Both the position numbers and the translations under genes were made by a program. The notes beneath the pieces were generated by a model. It was not told the origin of the DNA. It saw only the letters and a program-made list of their open reading frames with translations, and did no database searches. Shown here piece after piece: positions 42,133 through 53,192 of a stretch of DNA of 64,000 bases. How positions within the stretch are numbered: the stretch's first letter is position 1; each line of letters opens with the position of its first letter. The stretch lies in assembly GCA_965207445.1 (NCBI GenBank), contig CBDBLX010000002.1, forward strand, positions 448,001 through 512,000, written 5' to 3'. Source of the DNA: Nitrosopumilus sp. (GTDB lineage: Archaea > Thermoproteota > Nitrososphaeria > Nitrososphaerales > Nitrosopumilaceae).

Positions 42133-42807
42133 CTATTTCTCAACTAACGTGTCTACAAATTCCTTGTGTAAGATGGGCATCTCTTGACACAAATATTTGA
42201 AGAACTTTACAAATTCATCTGTTTCATTTTTGATATATTCTATAATTGTATCGTACTCTTTTGCCTCATACCACTCTCCAACCTGTCTGCCACTTTGCTT
42301 TTTACCTGTCATCTTGTCAAGTCCTGAGTCTTTAAATTTTCCATTATTCATTAAAACCAAGATGGGGTGCATGTCGATCATGGGGCGATTCATCATTATG
42401 TTAATCTCTGGTAAATTATGCTCTTTTGTCTTGTAGTGTAGAAATTTATGCTCAAACAATAGGTTGTTTCCAATCAATACACAATCGAATTGATGTGTAC
42501 TTGTTATCATGGTTCCCCGTATGAGTCTACGTATTATTGTAGATTCGTCTTGTTCCCACTCTTTTAATATGACTACATCTCCCATAGCCTCTCCTGTGTG
42601 TGGGTTTATCTTTTGGTACTGGATTGTAATTATCTTGTTTGATTCTGGTTTTAATCCAGTCGTCTCTATGTCCAAATAATATGTTCCCAATGATACGTGT
42701 AATGGTTGCAGAGTCTTAAGTTTAGTGATTTTATATGTGTCAAAAACTTGATCATTTTTATCCTTTTTGTAATTTAACACGTGTACTGTTTTACTATATA
42801 AAATCAT
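42133..42807 (-). CDS. RNase H-like (YprB/DnaQ-type) exonuclease domain protein
   Basis: YLDIETTGL motif. Confidence 0.75.
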   Translation of the reverse strand: MILYSKTVHVLNYKKDKNDQVFDTYKITKLKTLQPLHVSLGTYYLDIETTGLKPESNKIITIQYQKINPHTGEAMGDVVILKEWEQDESTIIRRLIRGTMITSTHQFDCVLIGNNLLFEHKFLHYKTKEHNLPEINIMMNRPMIDMHPILVLMNNGKFKDSGLDKMTGKKQSGRQVGEWYEAKEYDTIIEYIKNETDEFVKFFKYLCQEMPILHKEFVDTLVEK

Positions 42808-42911
42808 TTAATCTATATCTGATAAAATGGCGATGATAAAACTTGTCTCTACCTCATGGACTGATCTTTTGTAATTCAACTGTGCAAAAAACAGATTTAT
42901 TGTCTAATTTG

Positions 42912-45032
42912 ATGCTCACAAATGTGGACCGCAACTCTTCGTTTCTGTCACCGAGAACCATTGCAGTAATTGGTGCATCTGATAAAAAAGGTAGTGTGGG
43001 TGCTACAATCACATCAAACATACTAAATGGCTTTACAGGCAAGGTGTATCCTATCAGTCCTACCCGGAATACTGTATTTGGTAAAAAAGCATACAAGTCT
43101 GTTCTTGATATGCCCTCAAAGGCAGATTTAGCAGTAATTGTCATACGAAATACCCTTGTGGCATCTGTCTTAGAAGAGTGTGGCCAAAAAGGAATAAAGG
43201 CCGCTATCATAATTACTGCTGGCTTCAAAGAAGTCGATGAAAAGGGAGCTGCTATGGAAAATGAGATAAAAGAGATTGCTACTAAATATGATATACGTGT
43301 AATAGGACCCAATTGCCTTGGTGTCATGAATCTTGACTCAAAGGTTATGATGAACTCTACATTTCTCAAAGTGACACCAAAATCTGGCGAGATTGCACTC
43401 GTGTCTCAGTCTGGTGCTATATGCGCAGCACTTGTAGAAGATGCAAGCGCACAAGGGATTGGATTTTCTGCTGTGGTCAGTTTAGGAAACAAAGCTGCCA
43501 TGAGTGAGGTTGATGTTCTTAAAATTTTGGCAAAACACAAACAGACCAAAGTTATAGTAATGTATCTTGAGGATATGGGTGATGGGCAGGACTTTTTACA
43601 GATCTGCCGTGATATTACAAAACGTCTCAAAAAGCCCATCCTTGTCTTAAAGTCAGGCCGTAGTCCTGAGGGCGCAAAGGCTGCAATGTCTCATACAGGT
43701 GCATTGATGGGTTCAGATGAGATATACGATGCACTGTTACAACAAAGTGGTGCTATCCGAGTTGACACTATGGAGGAACTGTTTGATTATGCCACTGCGT
43801 TCTCAAAGCAACCACTCCCAACAAAAGGCGACTTGGTTATAGTATCAAATGCAGGTGGTCCTGCTATAATATCTACTGATGCATGCTCAAAGTCAAACAT
43901 CGCAATGGCAGACATCTCAAGTGTACGCGCTAAAATTGACAAGGTTATACCACCATGGGGCAGCTCTCGAAACCCTGTTGATATTGTAGGTGATGCAGAT
44001 TATCAACGCTTTAGAGATGTGTTGGAATACGTGTTAAAACACCGCAATGTGGGATCTGTTATTACAATGTGTACCCCTTCTGGTACTCTGGATTATGATG
44101 GTCTGGCAAATGTTATTGTAGAGATGTCAAAAAAATACAAAAAGACAATGCTTGCAAGTTTGATGGGACTCGATGAGGGTACCACTAATCGTGATATACT
44201 TGCCACAGGTGATGTGCCATACTATACTTATGCTGAGGGAGCAATTAGAGCACTGAATGCAATGATTCGTTTTACCCAATGGACTACTACACCACATGAT
44301 GCACCAAAGACATTTCGTGTATCAAAGCCTACAGTACAACGTATCATTGATGAGGCTAGAAAGAGCGGACGTACTACACTGCTAGAAGATGAGGGCCGAG
44401 AGGTCTTGCGTGCATATGGACTACCATTACCAAAATCTGTCTTGGCAACTAGTGCAAAAGAGGCAGTAAATGCTGCATCAAAGATGGGATATCCTGTAGT
44501 AATGAAGATCTCTTCTCCTCAGATAATTCACAAATCTGATGCTGGTGGTGTTATGGTTGGATTAAAAAATGATGCAGAGGTGAGATCTGCATTTAACACA
44601 ATTACCTCTAATGCTCACAAATATGACCCAAAGGCCCAGATATATGGTGTACTAGTTGCAGAGATGGTGACAGGTGGCAAGGAGATGATTATAGGCTCAA
44701 AACTAGAGCCTGGATTCGGACCTGTTATTATGCTTGGACTAGGTGGGATATATGTGGAAGTACTAGGTGACGTCACGTTTAGACTTGCACCTGTAGGTTC
44801 TCATGAAGCAGAACAGATGCCACTTTTGTTGCGCACATCAAAGATACTTGAAGGTGTGCGCGGAGAAAAACCCTCTGATATTAATAAACTAGCTGAGTGC
44901 ATACAACGCCTGTCCCAACTGGTGACTGACTTTTCATCAGAGATAGCCGAGTTGGACATGAATCCAGTTTTGGTACTTGCAAGGGGCAAGGGATGTCGTG
45001 TTCTTGATGTGCGTATTGGGCTGATTACATGA
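42912..45032 (+). CDS. ADP-forming acyl-CoA synthetase, probably 4-hydroxybutyrate-CoA ligase of the 3HP/4HB cycle
   Basis: VIGAS, GPNCLG, SQSGA, SHTGAL, HKSDAGGV; adjacent to 4-hydroxybutyryl-CoA dehydratase as in Nitrosopumilus. Confidence 0.85.
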   Translation: MLTNVDRNSSFLSPRTIAVIGASDKKGSVGATITSNILNGFTGKVYPISPTRNTVFGKKAYKSVLDMPSKADLAVIVIRNTLVASVLEECGQKGIKAAIIITAGFKEVDEKGAAMENEIKEIATKYDIRVIGPNCLGVMNLDSKVMMNSTFLKVTPKSGEIALVSQSGAICAALVEDASAQGIGFSAVVSLGNKAAMSEVDVLKILAKHKQTKVIVMYLEDMGDGQDFLQICRDITKRLKKPILVLKSGRSPEGAKAAMSHTGALMGSDEIYDALLQQSGAIRVDTMEELFDYATAFSKQPLPTKGDLVIVSNAGGPAIISTDACSKSNIAMADISSVRAKIDKVIPPWGSSRNPVDIVGDADYQRFRDVLEYVLKHRNVGSVITMCTPSGTLDYDGLANVIVEMSKKYKKTMLASLMGLDEGTTNRDILATGDVPYYTYAEGAIRALNAMIRFTQWTTTPHDAPKTFRVSKPTVQRIIDEARKSGRTTLLEDEGREVLRAYGLPLPKSVLATSAKEAVNAASKMGYPVVMKISSPQIIHKSDAGGVMVGLKNDAEVRSAFNTITSNAHKYDPKAQIYGVLVAEMVTGGKEMIIGSKLEPGFGPVIMLGLGGIYVEVLGDVTFRLAPVGSHEAEQMPLLLRTSKILEGVRGEKPSDINKLAECIQRLSQLVTDFSSEIAELDMNPVLVLARGKGCRVLDVRIGLIT

Positions 45033-45069
45033 CTAGAATGTTTATACAGTGTTAAATTTATACAATGGT

Positions 45070-46605
45070 ATGGCCTCAAACGTCCTCAAGACGATTAGGA
45101 CAGGTGATGAATACATTGAGAGTCTGCGTGGGCGCAACATCAAGGTGTATCTGTTCGGTGAATTGATCGATGAGCCTGTGGATCATCCAATGATTAGGCC
45201 TTCGATAAATGCTGTTGCTGAGACTTATGATTTGGCAGTAAGAGAAGAGGATCTAGCATCTACTGACTCTGCGATTACAGGTTTGCGAGTAAATCGCTTT
45301 TTACACATTGCCGAATCTGCTGAAGATTTGGTTTTACAAAACAAGATGCAGCGAAAACTAGGACAAAATACAGGAACATGTTTTCAGAGATGCGTTGGGA
45401 TGGACGCGTTAAATGCCTTACACTCTACCACATTTGAGATTGATGAAAAACATAATACCACTTACCATAGTCGATTCTTGGAATTTGTAAAGATGGTTCA
45501 GCGTGAGAATTTAGTTATTGGTGGTGCGATGACTGATCCAAAGGGTGATAGAAGTAAGGGACCTTCTGAGCAAGAGGACCCGGATCTCTTCACTAGAATA
45601 GTAGATAAAGATGAGCGCGGAGTATATGTATCTGGCGCAAAGGCTCATCAAACTGGGTGCATAAACTCACACTGGATAATATTGATGCCTACTATACGTT
45701 TGACTGAAAATGACAAGGATTGGGCCATAGTTGGCGCAATACCTGCAGATGCTGATGGAGTCACGTACATTTATGGTAGACAGTCTTGTGACACTAGAAG
45801 TATGGAAGGTGGTGAAGGCATTGATTCGGGTAATGCAAAGTTTGGTGGACAAGAGGCATTAATCATATTAGACCGAGTGTTCATACCTTGGGAGCGTGTG
45901 TTTATGTATGGTGAGTATGAGTTTGCATCCATGTTAGTGGAGAGATTCACATGTTATCATAGACGCAGTTATGTTTGCAAGACTGGGTTAGGTGACGTCT
46001 TGATCGGCGCCGCTGCTGCTATTGCAGAGTACAATGGTGTCCCAAAGGTGTCACATATCAAAGACAAACTTGTTGAGATGACTCATCTAAATGAGACTAT
46101 ATTTGCATCAGGTATCGCATCCTCATATCAGGGACATCGTATGAAGTCTGGTGTATTTCTCAATGAGGATATGTTGGCTCAAGTGTGCAAACATAATGTA
46201 ACTAGATATCCGTACGAGATTGGACGGTTAGCCCAAGATATAGCTGGAGGACTTGTGGTCACACTTCCATCTGAGCGCGACTTGAAACATCCAGATGTTG
46301 GACCAATGCTCTTAAAATACTTGGCAGGGCGCAAGGACATTGCAGTAGAAGATCGGGTGCGAATGCTTAGGTTGATAGAGAATATGACGCTTGGACGTAA
46401 TGCTGTAGGGTATCTGACTGAATCTATGCATGGCGCAGGTTCTCCTCAGGCACAACGTATACAGATACAACGCCAGATGCAGCTAGAGTACAAAAAGAAT
46501 CTTGCAAAGAACCTGGCAGGAATCCGCACCGATCCAGATCAAGAGTCAAAAGAACAATCTGATTATTTTAAGAGAATATTCAAGACCAACGACTCGCTTT
46601 TTTAA
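45070..46605 (+). CDS. hcd: 4-hydroxybutyryl-CoA dehydratase
   Basis: TCFQRCVGMDA, AMTDPKGDRS, YHRRSYVCK, ESMHGAGSPQAQ. Confidence 0.95.
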   Translation: MASNVLKTIRTGDEYIESLRGRNIKVYLFGELIDEPVDHPMIRPSINAVAETYDLAVREEDLASTDSAITGLRVNRFLHIAESAEDLVLQNKMQRKLGQNTGTCFQRCVGMDALNALHSTTFEIDEKHNTTYHSRFLEFVKMVQRENLVIGGAMTDPKGDRSKGPSEQEDPDLFTRIVDKDERGVYVSGAKAHQTGCINSHWIILMPTIRLTENDKDWAIVGAIPADADGVTYIYGRQSCDTRSMEGGEGIDSGNAKFGGQEALIILDRVFIPWERVFMYGEYEFASMLVERFTCYHRRSYVCKTGLGDVLIGAAAAIAEYNGVPKVSHIKDKLVEMTHLNETIFASGIASSYQGHRMKSGVFLNEDMLAQVCKHNVTRYPYEIGRLAQDIAGGLVVTLPSERDLKHPDVGPMLLKYLAGRKDIAVEDRVRMLRLIENMTLGRNAVGYLTESMHGAGSPQAQRIQIQRQMQLEYKKNLAKNLAGIRTDPDQESKEQSDYFKRIFKTNDSLF

Positions 46606-46697
46606 ACCATATTTTTAAATTATATTTTTTACTTTTCCTACCTTTATGCTTCTTCGTTGTAATGGCAGTTGGTGTATTGACTATGGGGTATTTTCAA

Positions 46698-46800
46698 TAT
46701 GTTGTAAATGACGTATACTGTAAATGACTATGTTGTAAATGACTATGTTGTAAATGACTATGTTGTAAATGACTATGTTGTAAATGATGTATACTGTAAA
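46698..46800. repeat. Intergenic 15-bp tandem repeat (GACTATGTTGTAAAT)
   Basis: Four perfect copies plus degenerate flanking units between convergent genes. Confidence 0.9.
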
Positions 46801-46813
46801 ATAATGTTTATAA

Positions 46814-47653
46814 TCATTTACTATGTGAGTGTTTTTCATCTTTGTTTTTTGATTTATCGTCTTGCTCTGATGACGCATGGTTGTCTTTTACCTCTTTTTG
46901 CTCTGTTGAACTTGTATCTGTCTTGTGATCTTTTTGTTTGTTTATTGATGGTAATGAATCCGTAAGATATTCTAAATCATCGGTGTGTTTGTTATTTTTA
47001 TCTGAACTATCTTGTAATGTGTGCTTTGAATCTTTTGATTGTCTGTTGATATTATGGTCGTCTGGTTTGTCCAATGTCATATCTTTTATGTCGTTTTCTT
47101 GTGTGTCATCTTGCAATGTATCTGAAAACGTGACGTCGTTTTTTGATCTTGCTTTACTTAGAAAATGTTTTGATATCATTACTCCTATTATGATTGCAAT
47201 TATGATATAATTGACAGGTGGTTTTAGAGCTTGTGTCACATATCCTACTTGTGGAATTACAGTGACTACCTTGCCAATGTATTCGTTACTCGTTATAGGA
47301 AAGTCTGTTCCTGGAATTGATGCTCTATTTGCATCTCCTTTTGTTCGTATAGTTAGTGGGTCTTGATCTATTATGCTGACAATCCTGTGCACAATCACCC
47401 TATTGTGATCCGATGGTCTATCAAATACTATAACGTCACCTATTACAAGATCCTCAAATGGTATGTTTCCTTGCACTACCAAAATGTCATACACTTCTAG
47501 TTCTGGTACCATACTTCCACTTGCAACTACGTAAAAAGGATTTGTCATTCCAAATACAATGTACAATCCTACCCAGATTGCTAGTATTCCGATTGCAATT
47601 ATTGCAATGTCTCGTATAATATTTTTTGATATAGATTTTGATGATGTTGTCAA
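46814..47653 (-). CDS. Archaeal signal peptidase I (Sec11-type)
   Basis: VVASGSMVP, IVHRI, TKGDAN. Confidence 0.9.
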   Translation of the reverse strand: MTTSSKSISKNIIRDIAIIAIGILAIWVGLYIVFGMTNPFYVVASGSMVPELEVYDILVVQGNIPFEDLVIGDVIVFDRPSDHNRVIVHRIVSIIDQDPLTIRTKGDANRASIPGTDFPITSNEYIGKVVTVIPQVGYVTQALKPPVNYIIIAIIIGVMISKHFLSKARSKNDVTFSDTLQDDTQENDIKDMTLDKPDDHNINRQSKDSKHTLQDSSDKNNKHTDDLEYLTDSLPSINKQKDHKTDTSSTEQKEVKDNHASSEQDDKSKNKDEKHSHSK

Positions 47654-47689
47654 TTAACTATCTATCTAGATATGTACTACTAATATCAA

Positions 47690-48586
47690 TCATTGCAATT
47701 TAGCGCCACATTCTTCACAAAACTTTGAGTCGTTTTTGTTTATAAATCCGCATTTTTTACACTTGCCTGGCTCATCTTGTGGTGTTTTAACATCTGTTGC
47801 AACAGCACTAGTTGTTTGTTTGTCAGGTTCGCCAAGCAAGACAATTTCACCTACCTTTTTGACTTTACTCCATGGTATGATTGACTCTGTACCGTCATTT
47901 TGTGTAACTACAAGAACCATGGCATTTGCAGCATCCACTCCAACCTGCTTTACTGTTCCGATCTTTACTGCATTTTCATCATATACTATTCTTCCATTGA
48001 TTGTGCTTATCGGCGTGCTTGCTGACTCTGTTGTTGTGTGTTGTGTTTCTACTGGTTGTTGTAGTGATGGCGATTGCTGAACCTCTTCTGTTGGTTGAGT
48101 CTGTTGAGGTATTGACGTTTCAGTTGATTGCTGAACCTCTTCTGTTGGTTGAGTCTGTTGAGGTATTGACGTTTCAGTTGATTGCTGAACCTCTTCTGTT
48201 GGTTGTGGTGTAGATGGCGTGTTTGTGTCTACATTTGAGACTGCAGTTGTATCTATTGTCGGCTCTTCCTCTTTTTTAAATTCTCTATATTCTGCAATAG
48301 TATTACTACACGTCTTACAAACATATCTGCCCTTTTCCATCAGTATCAATCCTGGCGCGACTTCTTCATCAGGATTTTCATATTGTATGTTTGGTGCTCC
48401 TTCGTGTTCCTCATTACACATATTACAAAAATATTTTGATATCTTTTCAGTATCCATCCTACATAGTGGTGCTAAAAACAGATCTGGTCCTCCTATACTT
48501 GCTTTTGACTGTTGCTCATCAGTCAAAGTAGCAATAACGTAACCTCCTGAACCTCTTAATTTCTTTATTCTAAGATCTGTACTCAT
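47690..48586 (-). CDS. Zinc-ribbon/PRC-barrel protein with internal 54-bp repeats
   Basis: CxxC pairs; C-terminal CKKCG...FCEECG; QPTEEVQQSTETSIPQQT x ~2.5. Confidence 0.75.
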   Translation of the reverse strand: MSTDLRIKKLRGSGGYVIATLTDEQQSKASIGGPDLFLAPLCRMDTEKISKYFCNMCNEEHEGAPNIQYENPDEEVAPGLILMEKGRYVCKTCSNTIAEYREFKKEEEPTIDTTAVSNVDTNTPSTPQPTEEVQQSTETSIPQQTQPTEEVQQSTETSIPQQTQPTEEVQQSPSLQQPVETQHTTTESASTPISTINGRIVYDENAVKIGTVKQVGVDAANAMVLVVTQNDGTESIIPWSKVKKVGEIVLLGEPDKQTTSAVATDVKTPQDEPGKCKKCGFINKNDSKFCEECGAKLQ

Positions 48587-48999
48587 ACTTGAATATTATC
48601 TGTGTGTGGATTTAAGTATATGCGCAACCAAGATTTTTTGCGTTAATAGTCGGTAACTGGAATGTCATTGTCATTTACACGATAATAATGTGGTCTGTTA
48701 ATATTAACGTGATTGTATGGACTGCTCTAGACATGTTTCAATCCACAGGTATTGTAGATTCTTGTGTCAGAAACAGACCATCCGAACAAGATTGCGTATA
48801 ACTATTCAGTTTGTATCTTTTTGTAAGACATTCTGAATTATTACCTTGTTTGCCTATCTACAATTAACGCAAAAGTACCTCTTCAACACTACTCAAATTT
48901 GAGCACGAATTTGTATCTAATTTAGTACATTACACACACTCGTTCTCAAAAAACATAACCTTCTCAAGGTTTTTAGGTAACTGCGTTTTTTATCGTGTT

Positions 49000-49326
49000 A
49001 TGGGTACTATATCGGTAAAAGATGAAACTTCTTGGGATACTGAAGTAAACCAGTCTGAGATTCCTGTACTGGTGGACTTTTGGGCTCAATGGTGTGGTCC
49101 GTGTAATATAGTAAGTCCTGTAATAGAAGAGCTTTCAGAAGAGTATACTGGCAAAGTCAAATTTGTAAAGGTCAATATTGATGATGCAAGCATGCTGGCA
49201 TCAAAGCATCAAGTATATCAAATACCGACATTCCTTTTGGTAAAAAATGGTGAGGTTATTGCTCAACAGTCAGGCGCGTTATCCAAAGAATCCTACAAAA
49301 AACTCATCGACAAAGCTTTTGCCTAA
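49000..49326 (+). CDS. trxA: Thioredoxin
   Basis: WCGPC. Confidence 0.95.
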   Translation: MGTISVKDETSWDTEVNQSEIPVLVDFWAQWCGPCNIVSPVIEELSEEYTGKVKFVKVNIDDASMLASKHQVYQIPTFLLVKNGEVIAQQSGALSKESYKKLIDKAFA

Positions 49327-49472
49327 TCTGTTTATTATCATCTGTTTTTTACATCCGTGACTGTTGTTATTACTATATATTTATAAGCTCATATAATAAT
49401 ATTTTAATTCTTATTGTCAGTTCTATTTTTTGAATCCTAAAGTAATTAATACCGTTAAAACAAAGTTCGGTT

Positions 49473-50030
49473 ATGTCCTTTGGTGAAGTAGATACACTTA
49501 ACATGCTTTTTGATAAACTTAGTAGTCTTTTTGATGAATCACAAGGATACTATGAATCATTTCTTGATACCAACAATATGTACAAACAAGGACAATTATC
49601 TGACAAGGAATTTTTTCAAAAATTAGGTGATTATGTAGTTGCATATTCTGCACTCGAATTTCTGGCTATCAAGGTATTGTTTGAGGTCAAAAAATCTTTG
49701 AATACTGGTTCTGGTGCAACCGCATCACCGGGACTGATGCCTGGTATGATGTCACCGCAAGCTGGTGGGATGATGGGGATGCCACAAACTCCTCAAAGAA
49801 TGGGAACTGCTCAGAACCCTGTAGGTGGTCCTCCTGGAATAGTGTCTGCAAATGAGGCGTTTGGAAATGTTGGAACACTACCATCACCTGATCCTACGCT
49901 TATGCCACGCGGAAATCAACCTTCTTCTTCTTCTACTACTACAACACAAAATGCCGGTGTATGTCCCTCTTGTGGTGTTGCGCTGAGGCCAAATGCAAAG
50001 TTTTGTACTGGTTGCGGGAAAAAATTATAA
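49473..50030 (+). CDS. Zinc-ribbon domain protein
   Basis: C-terminal CPSCG...FCTGCG. Confidence 0.8.
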   Translation: MSFGEVDTLNMLFDKLSSLFDESQGYYESFLDTNNMYKQGQLSDKEFFQKLGDYVVAYSALEFLAIKVLFEVKKSLNTGSGATASPGLMPGMMSPQAGGMMGMPQTPQRMGTAQNPVGGPPGIVSANEAFGNVGTLPSPDPTLMPRGNQPSSSSTTTTQNAGVCPSCGVALRPNAKFCTGCGKKL

Positions 50031-50058
50031 TCACTTTTTAGAAATCATACAGCAGTGA

Positions 50059-50421
50059 TTAATCTAGTGTTATGCCACACTCTGGGCAGAATTTTGCAGT
50101 ATTTGATATGGCACTTCCGCACTCAAAACAGAATCTGTTTTTGTTATTGTCTTCTTGATGTGCGTTTCCATATGTAGCTGTACTGAGCACGGCACCTGAT
50201 GGCTCATACTTGTCATCATCTATCATAACGGGTGTAAAGTCTTGTTCTGTCATAAATGTCATCATTCGTGGAATCCCTTCGGATTTTTCACCTTTTGGGT
50301 CTGGTACTGTGTCCCCAAGCCAGAATGCAAATCTTGTAAGGGTTAACTCTGGAGTGGAAAATGCAAGTGTGTGCTTTGACATGTATTCTTGTGATGCTTT
50401 TTTCCCATCAAATACTTCCAT
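50059..50421 (-). CDS. Zinc-ribbon domain protein
   Basis: C-terminal CFECG...FCPECG. Confidence 0.8.
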   Translation of the reverse strand: MEVFDGKKASQEYMSKHTLAFSTPELTLTRFAFWLGDTVPDPKGEKSEGIPRMMTFMTEQDFTPVMIDDDKYEPSGAVLSTATYGNAHQEDNNKNRFCFECGSAISNTAKFCPECGITLD

Positions 50422-50609
50422 ACTATTCTTTACATTCTGCTTTGTATAAGTTTTACATTGATTGGTGTGTACCTATAATGTAAAAAATACCAATCACCTG
50501 ATCTTTTAATCTATACACTTTTTGTATGTATTCGGCCCACAAAGAGAGCCGGCAGCCAATTACATGTAGCGTAACACAGAAACTACTCCCTTGAATATGA
50601 TTATAAAAA

Positions 50610-50681
50610 TGGACCGGGGGGGAATTGAACCCCCGACTTCCTCGTTGCGAACGAGGCATTATACCACTAAACCACCGGCCC
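50610..50681 (-). tRNA. tRNA-Ala (anticodon CGC)
   Basis: GGGCCGG...CCGGTCC-A acceptor with G3:U70; CCTCG-TT CGC AA-CGAGG. Confidence 0.9.
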
Positions 50682-50780
50682 TTTGATTGACTTCAATTGA
50701 TCCGTTTTTATTCATTTACAACTGCTTGTGTAATTGACATTGTTGACAAAACATAATAGCATCATACCGTTTGTCAAATC

Positions 50781-52217
50781 ATGACTGTCCACGATACTGT
50801 AATTGTAGGATCACATGTTGTACTTTCTTCCTCTCCACTTTCTACCCAATATGCGCCACCGTCACAAATGTCTGATCTTAACATTGTAATTGATGATGGT
50901 GTCATATCTGATATCACAAAAGATGTGCCATCTGCTGACACTGTCATAAATTGTAAGGACGGTTCCGTTTGTATTCCTGGACCAATAGACCCTCATGTTC
51001 ACTATGGTGTGTATTCACCTATTGATGTAGCGGCTAAAACAGAGTCTCATGCAGCAGCTATTGGCGGTGTTACAACTATGATGCGAATGCTTCGACTACC
51101 TGACAAATTTGAAAAATCCCTTCCCCGTCAGCTTGATGCAATGTCTACTAACCATTATATTGATTATTCCATACATGCATCTATCTTTACTAATGACCAG
51201 ATAAATGGTATGGAATTCTGTACACGACACAATGTCACATCATTCAAACTATACATGAATCTTGGAGGTGAGGTGGGACATGTGTTTATGGACATGCTAC
51301 CTGAATCTGACAATTTGTCCCCGACACATGTAGATGTAAATGATGATATTATACGTAACACTGTAAAGAAAGCTGCTCAGTTGGGTTGCCCTGTACTAGT
51401 CCATGCAGAGGATTATGAGATGTGTGGTTGTGGAATCAAAGATGCACAAAAAAATAATCTTGATGGATTGTCAGCATGGTCTGCAAGCAGGCCCCCTAAA
51501 TCTGAGGCAAAAGCTATACAAACTATATCTAAATTCGGCCGTGAATATGATTGTGTAATCTATTTTGTACATATTGGCTCTGCTACTGCACTACAACAAA
51601 TACAACAAGAACGAGAATTGGGAACTCGTATCTTTGTGGAAACTTGTCCCCACTATTTGCAGTTGACACATGAGGAGCAACAAGGGTATCTGGCCAAGGT
51701 TATGCCTCCAATCCGTGCATGCGCTGATCGTGATTCAGTATGGCAGTCTGTTATAGATGGCACCGTTGATACTATTGGAACTGATCATGTTGCAAATCAA
51801 CTAGGACTAAAACTAGGAGGCGATGACGTTTGGGACGCTTTGGCGGGGTTTCCTGGCATCGGGACGTTTGTCCCATTACTATTACATGAGGGTGTTAACT
51901 CTGGTAAAATTACACTACTTGATTTTTCACGAATTACAAGTTATAACACTGCGCGTATATTTGGACTTGCAAACAAGGGACAGATTGCAATAGGATGCGA
52001 TGCTGATATCACAATTTTAGATATTAAACTAGAGAAAAAAGTCACAACTGAGTTATTTGGTGGATTTTCTGATTATTCGGTGTATGAAGGAATGATGCTC
52101 AAAGGATGGCCCATTACCACAATGGTACGTGGGCAGGTTGTTTCTGATGATTTTGAGGTAGTTGGCACACTTGGACATGGTGATATAGTGCAACGTGATG
52201 CAAATTTGCTGTCTTGA
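50781..52217 (+). CDS. Dihydroorotase/dihydropyrimidinase-family amidohydrolase
   Basis: PGPIDPHVH, HAED, ETCPHYL, IGTDH. Confidence 0.85.
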   Translation: MTVHDTVIVGSHVVLSSSPLSTQYAPPSQMSDLNIVIDDGVISDITKDVPSADTVINCKDGSVCIPGPIDPHVHYGVYSPIDVAAKTESHAAAIGGVTTMMRMLRLPDKFEKSLPRQLDAMSTNHYIDYSIHASIFTNDQINGMEFCTRHNVTSFKLYMNLGGEVGHVFMDMLPESDNLSPTHVDVNDDIIRNTVKKAAQLGCPVLVHAEDYEMCGCGIKDAQKNNLDGLSAWSASRPPKSEAKAIQTISKFGREYDCVIYFVHIGSATALQQIQQERELGTRIFVETCPHYLQLTHEEQQGYLAKVMPPIRACADRDSVWQSVIDGTVDTIGTDHVANQLGLKLGGDDVWDALAGFPGIGTFVPLLLHEGVNSGKITLLDFSRITSYNTARIFGLANKGQIAIGCDADITILDIKLEKKVTTELFGGFSDYSVYEGMMLKGWPITTMVRGQVVSDDFEVVGTLGHGDIVQRDANLLS

Positions 52218-52414
52218 TTTAATTTAATTAAATGATTTTATGCTGTATATGATGATTATATATTAAGACGACTAGATAATTATTTTTAGATGGATTCATG
52301 TTAAAGTGGTTTTTACTGTAGGTGATCTTTAAATGTATTATATGCATTTATTGTGAGACTTGCAATTTTTTTGTTATGTAGATTTGTTTAATATGTGAAT
52401 ATATCCTATTTGTG

Positions 52415-53191
52415 TTATATTTGAAAGTCAGGATCAGATTCATTCTCAGGATCTAGTGTTATATGTTTTCTATTCAGTACTATCTCTTTGAATTTACCGT
52501 GTTTTCCTGCTTTGTAGATTACATCCGGTTTTTTTGTAAATATGCCTGATTCTATTACACCCGGTATCTGTTTTATTACTCTGGTTATCTTTTTAGGATT
52601 TGTTATGGTTTCAAATACACAGTCCAAAATTATATTTTTGTTTTCTGTAAATATTGGGTATCCTGAATCTTGTATTCTTAAAATTGGTTTTCCTCCCATA
52701 CTAGAAATTTCTCTTTGTACTAGTTTTCTTGCTAGATGGTGGACTTCTACTGGGATTGATCTTGTAATGTGTTGTACGAACTTTGTAGAATCTGCCATTA
52801 CTATAATTTTTGACGCCATGTTAAACAATATGTTCTCACGCAAAAGTGCTCCGCCTCCACCCTTTATTACATACCCTTGTGAATCTATTTGATCTGCGCC
52901 GTCAAATACAATGTCTAATCTATCTATTTGATCTGCCTGTATGAGGGGCAACATATCCCCCACTTCATTTTCAATTATAAGTTTGATCTGTAGTGACGTT
53001 GGCACTCCAATAATATTTTGTTTATTGTTCTTTACTAGTAGTGCTATCTCCTTTGCAACTGCACTTGCAGCACGTCCGCTACCAAGACCAACTAGCACTC
53101 TATTTGCATTTGGATTGATATACTTTATGGCATCTTTTGCCATTGCTTTTATGGCCTTGTCATATTTTGTTGATGTTTTTGATTGTGCCAT
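52415..53191 (-). CDS. rpiA: Ribose-5-phosphate isomerase A
   Basis: GLGSG, FDGAD, IKGGGGALLRE. Confidence 0.95.
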   Translation of the reverse strand: MAQSKTSTKYDKAIKAMAKDAIKYINPNANRVLVGLGSGRAASAVAKEIALLVKNNKQNIIGVPTSLQIKLIIENEVGDMLPLIQADQIDRLDIVFDGADQIDSQGYVIKGGGGALLRENILFNMASKIIVMADSTKFVQHITRSIPVEVHHLARKLVQREISSMGGKPILRIQDSGYPIFTENKNIILDCVFETITNPKKITRVIKQIPGVIESGIFTKKPDVIYKAGKHGKFKEIVLNRKHITLDPENESDPDFQI

Positions 53192-53192
53192 G

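Noticed and set aside
46681..46965. ORFs with NDYVV or YNIVI repeats; possible CRISPR
   Set aside because: Products of a tandem repeat with no spacers.
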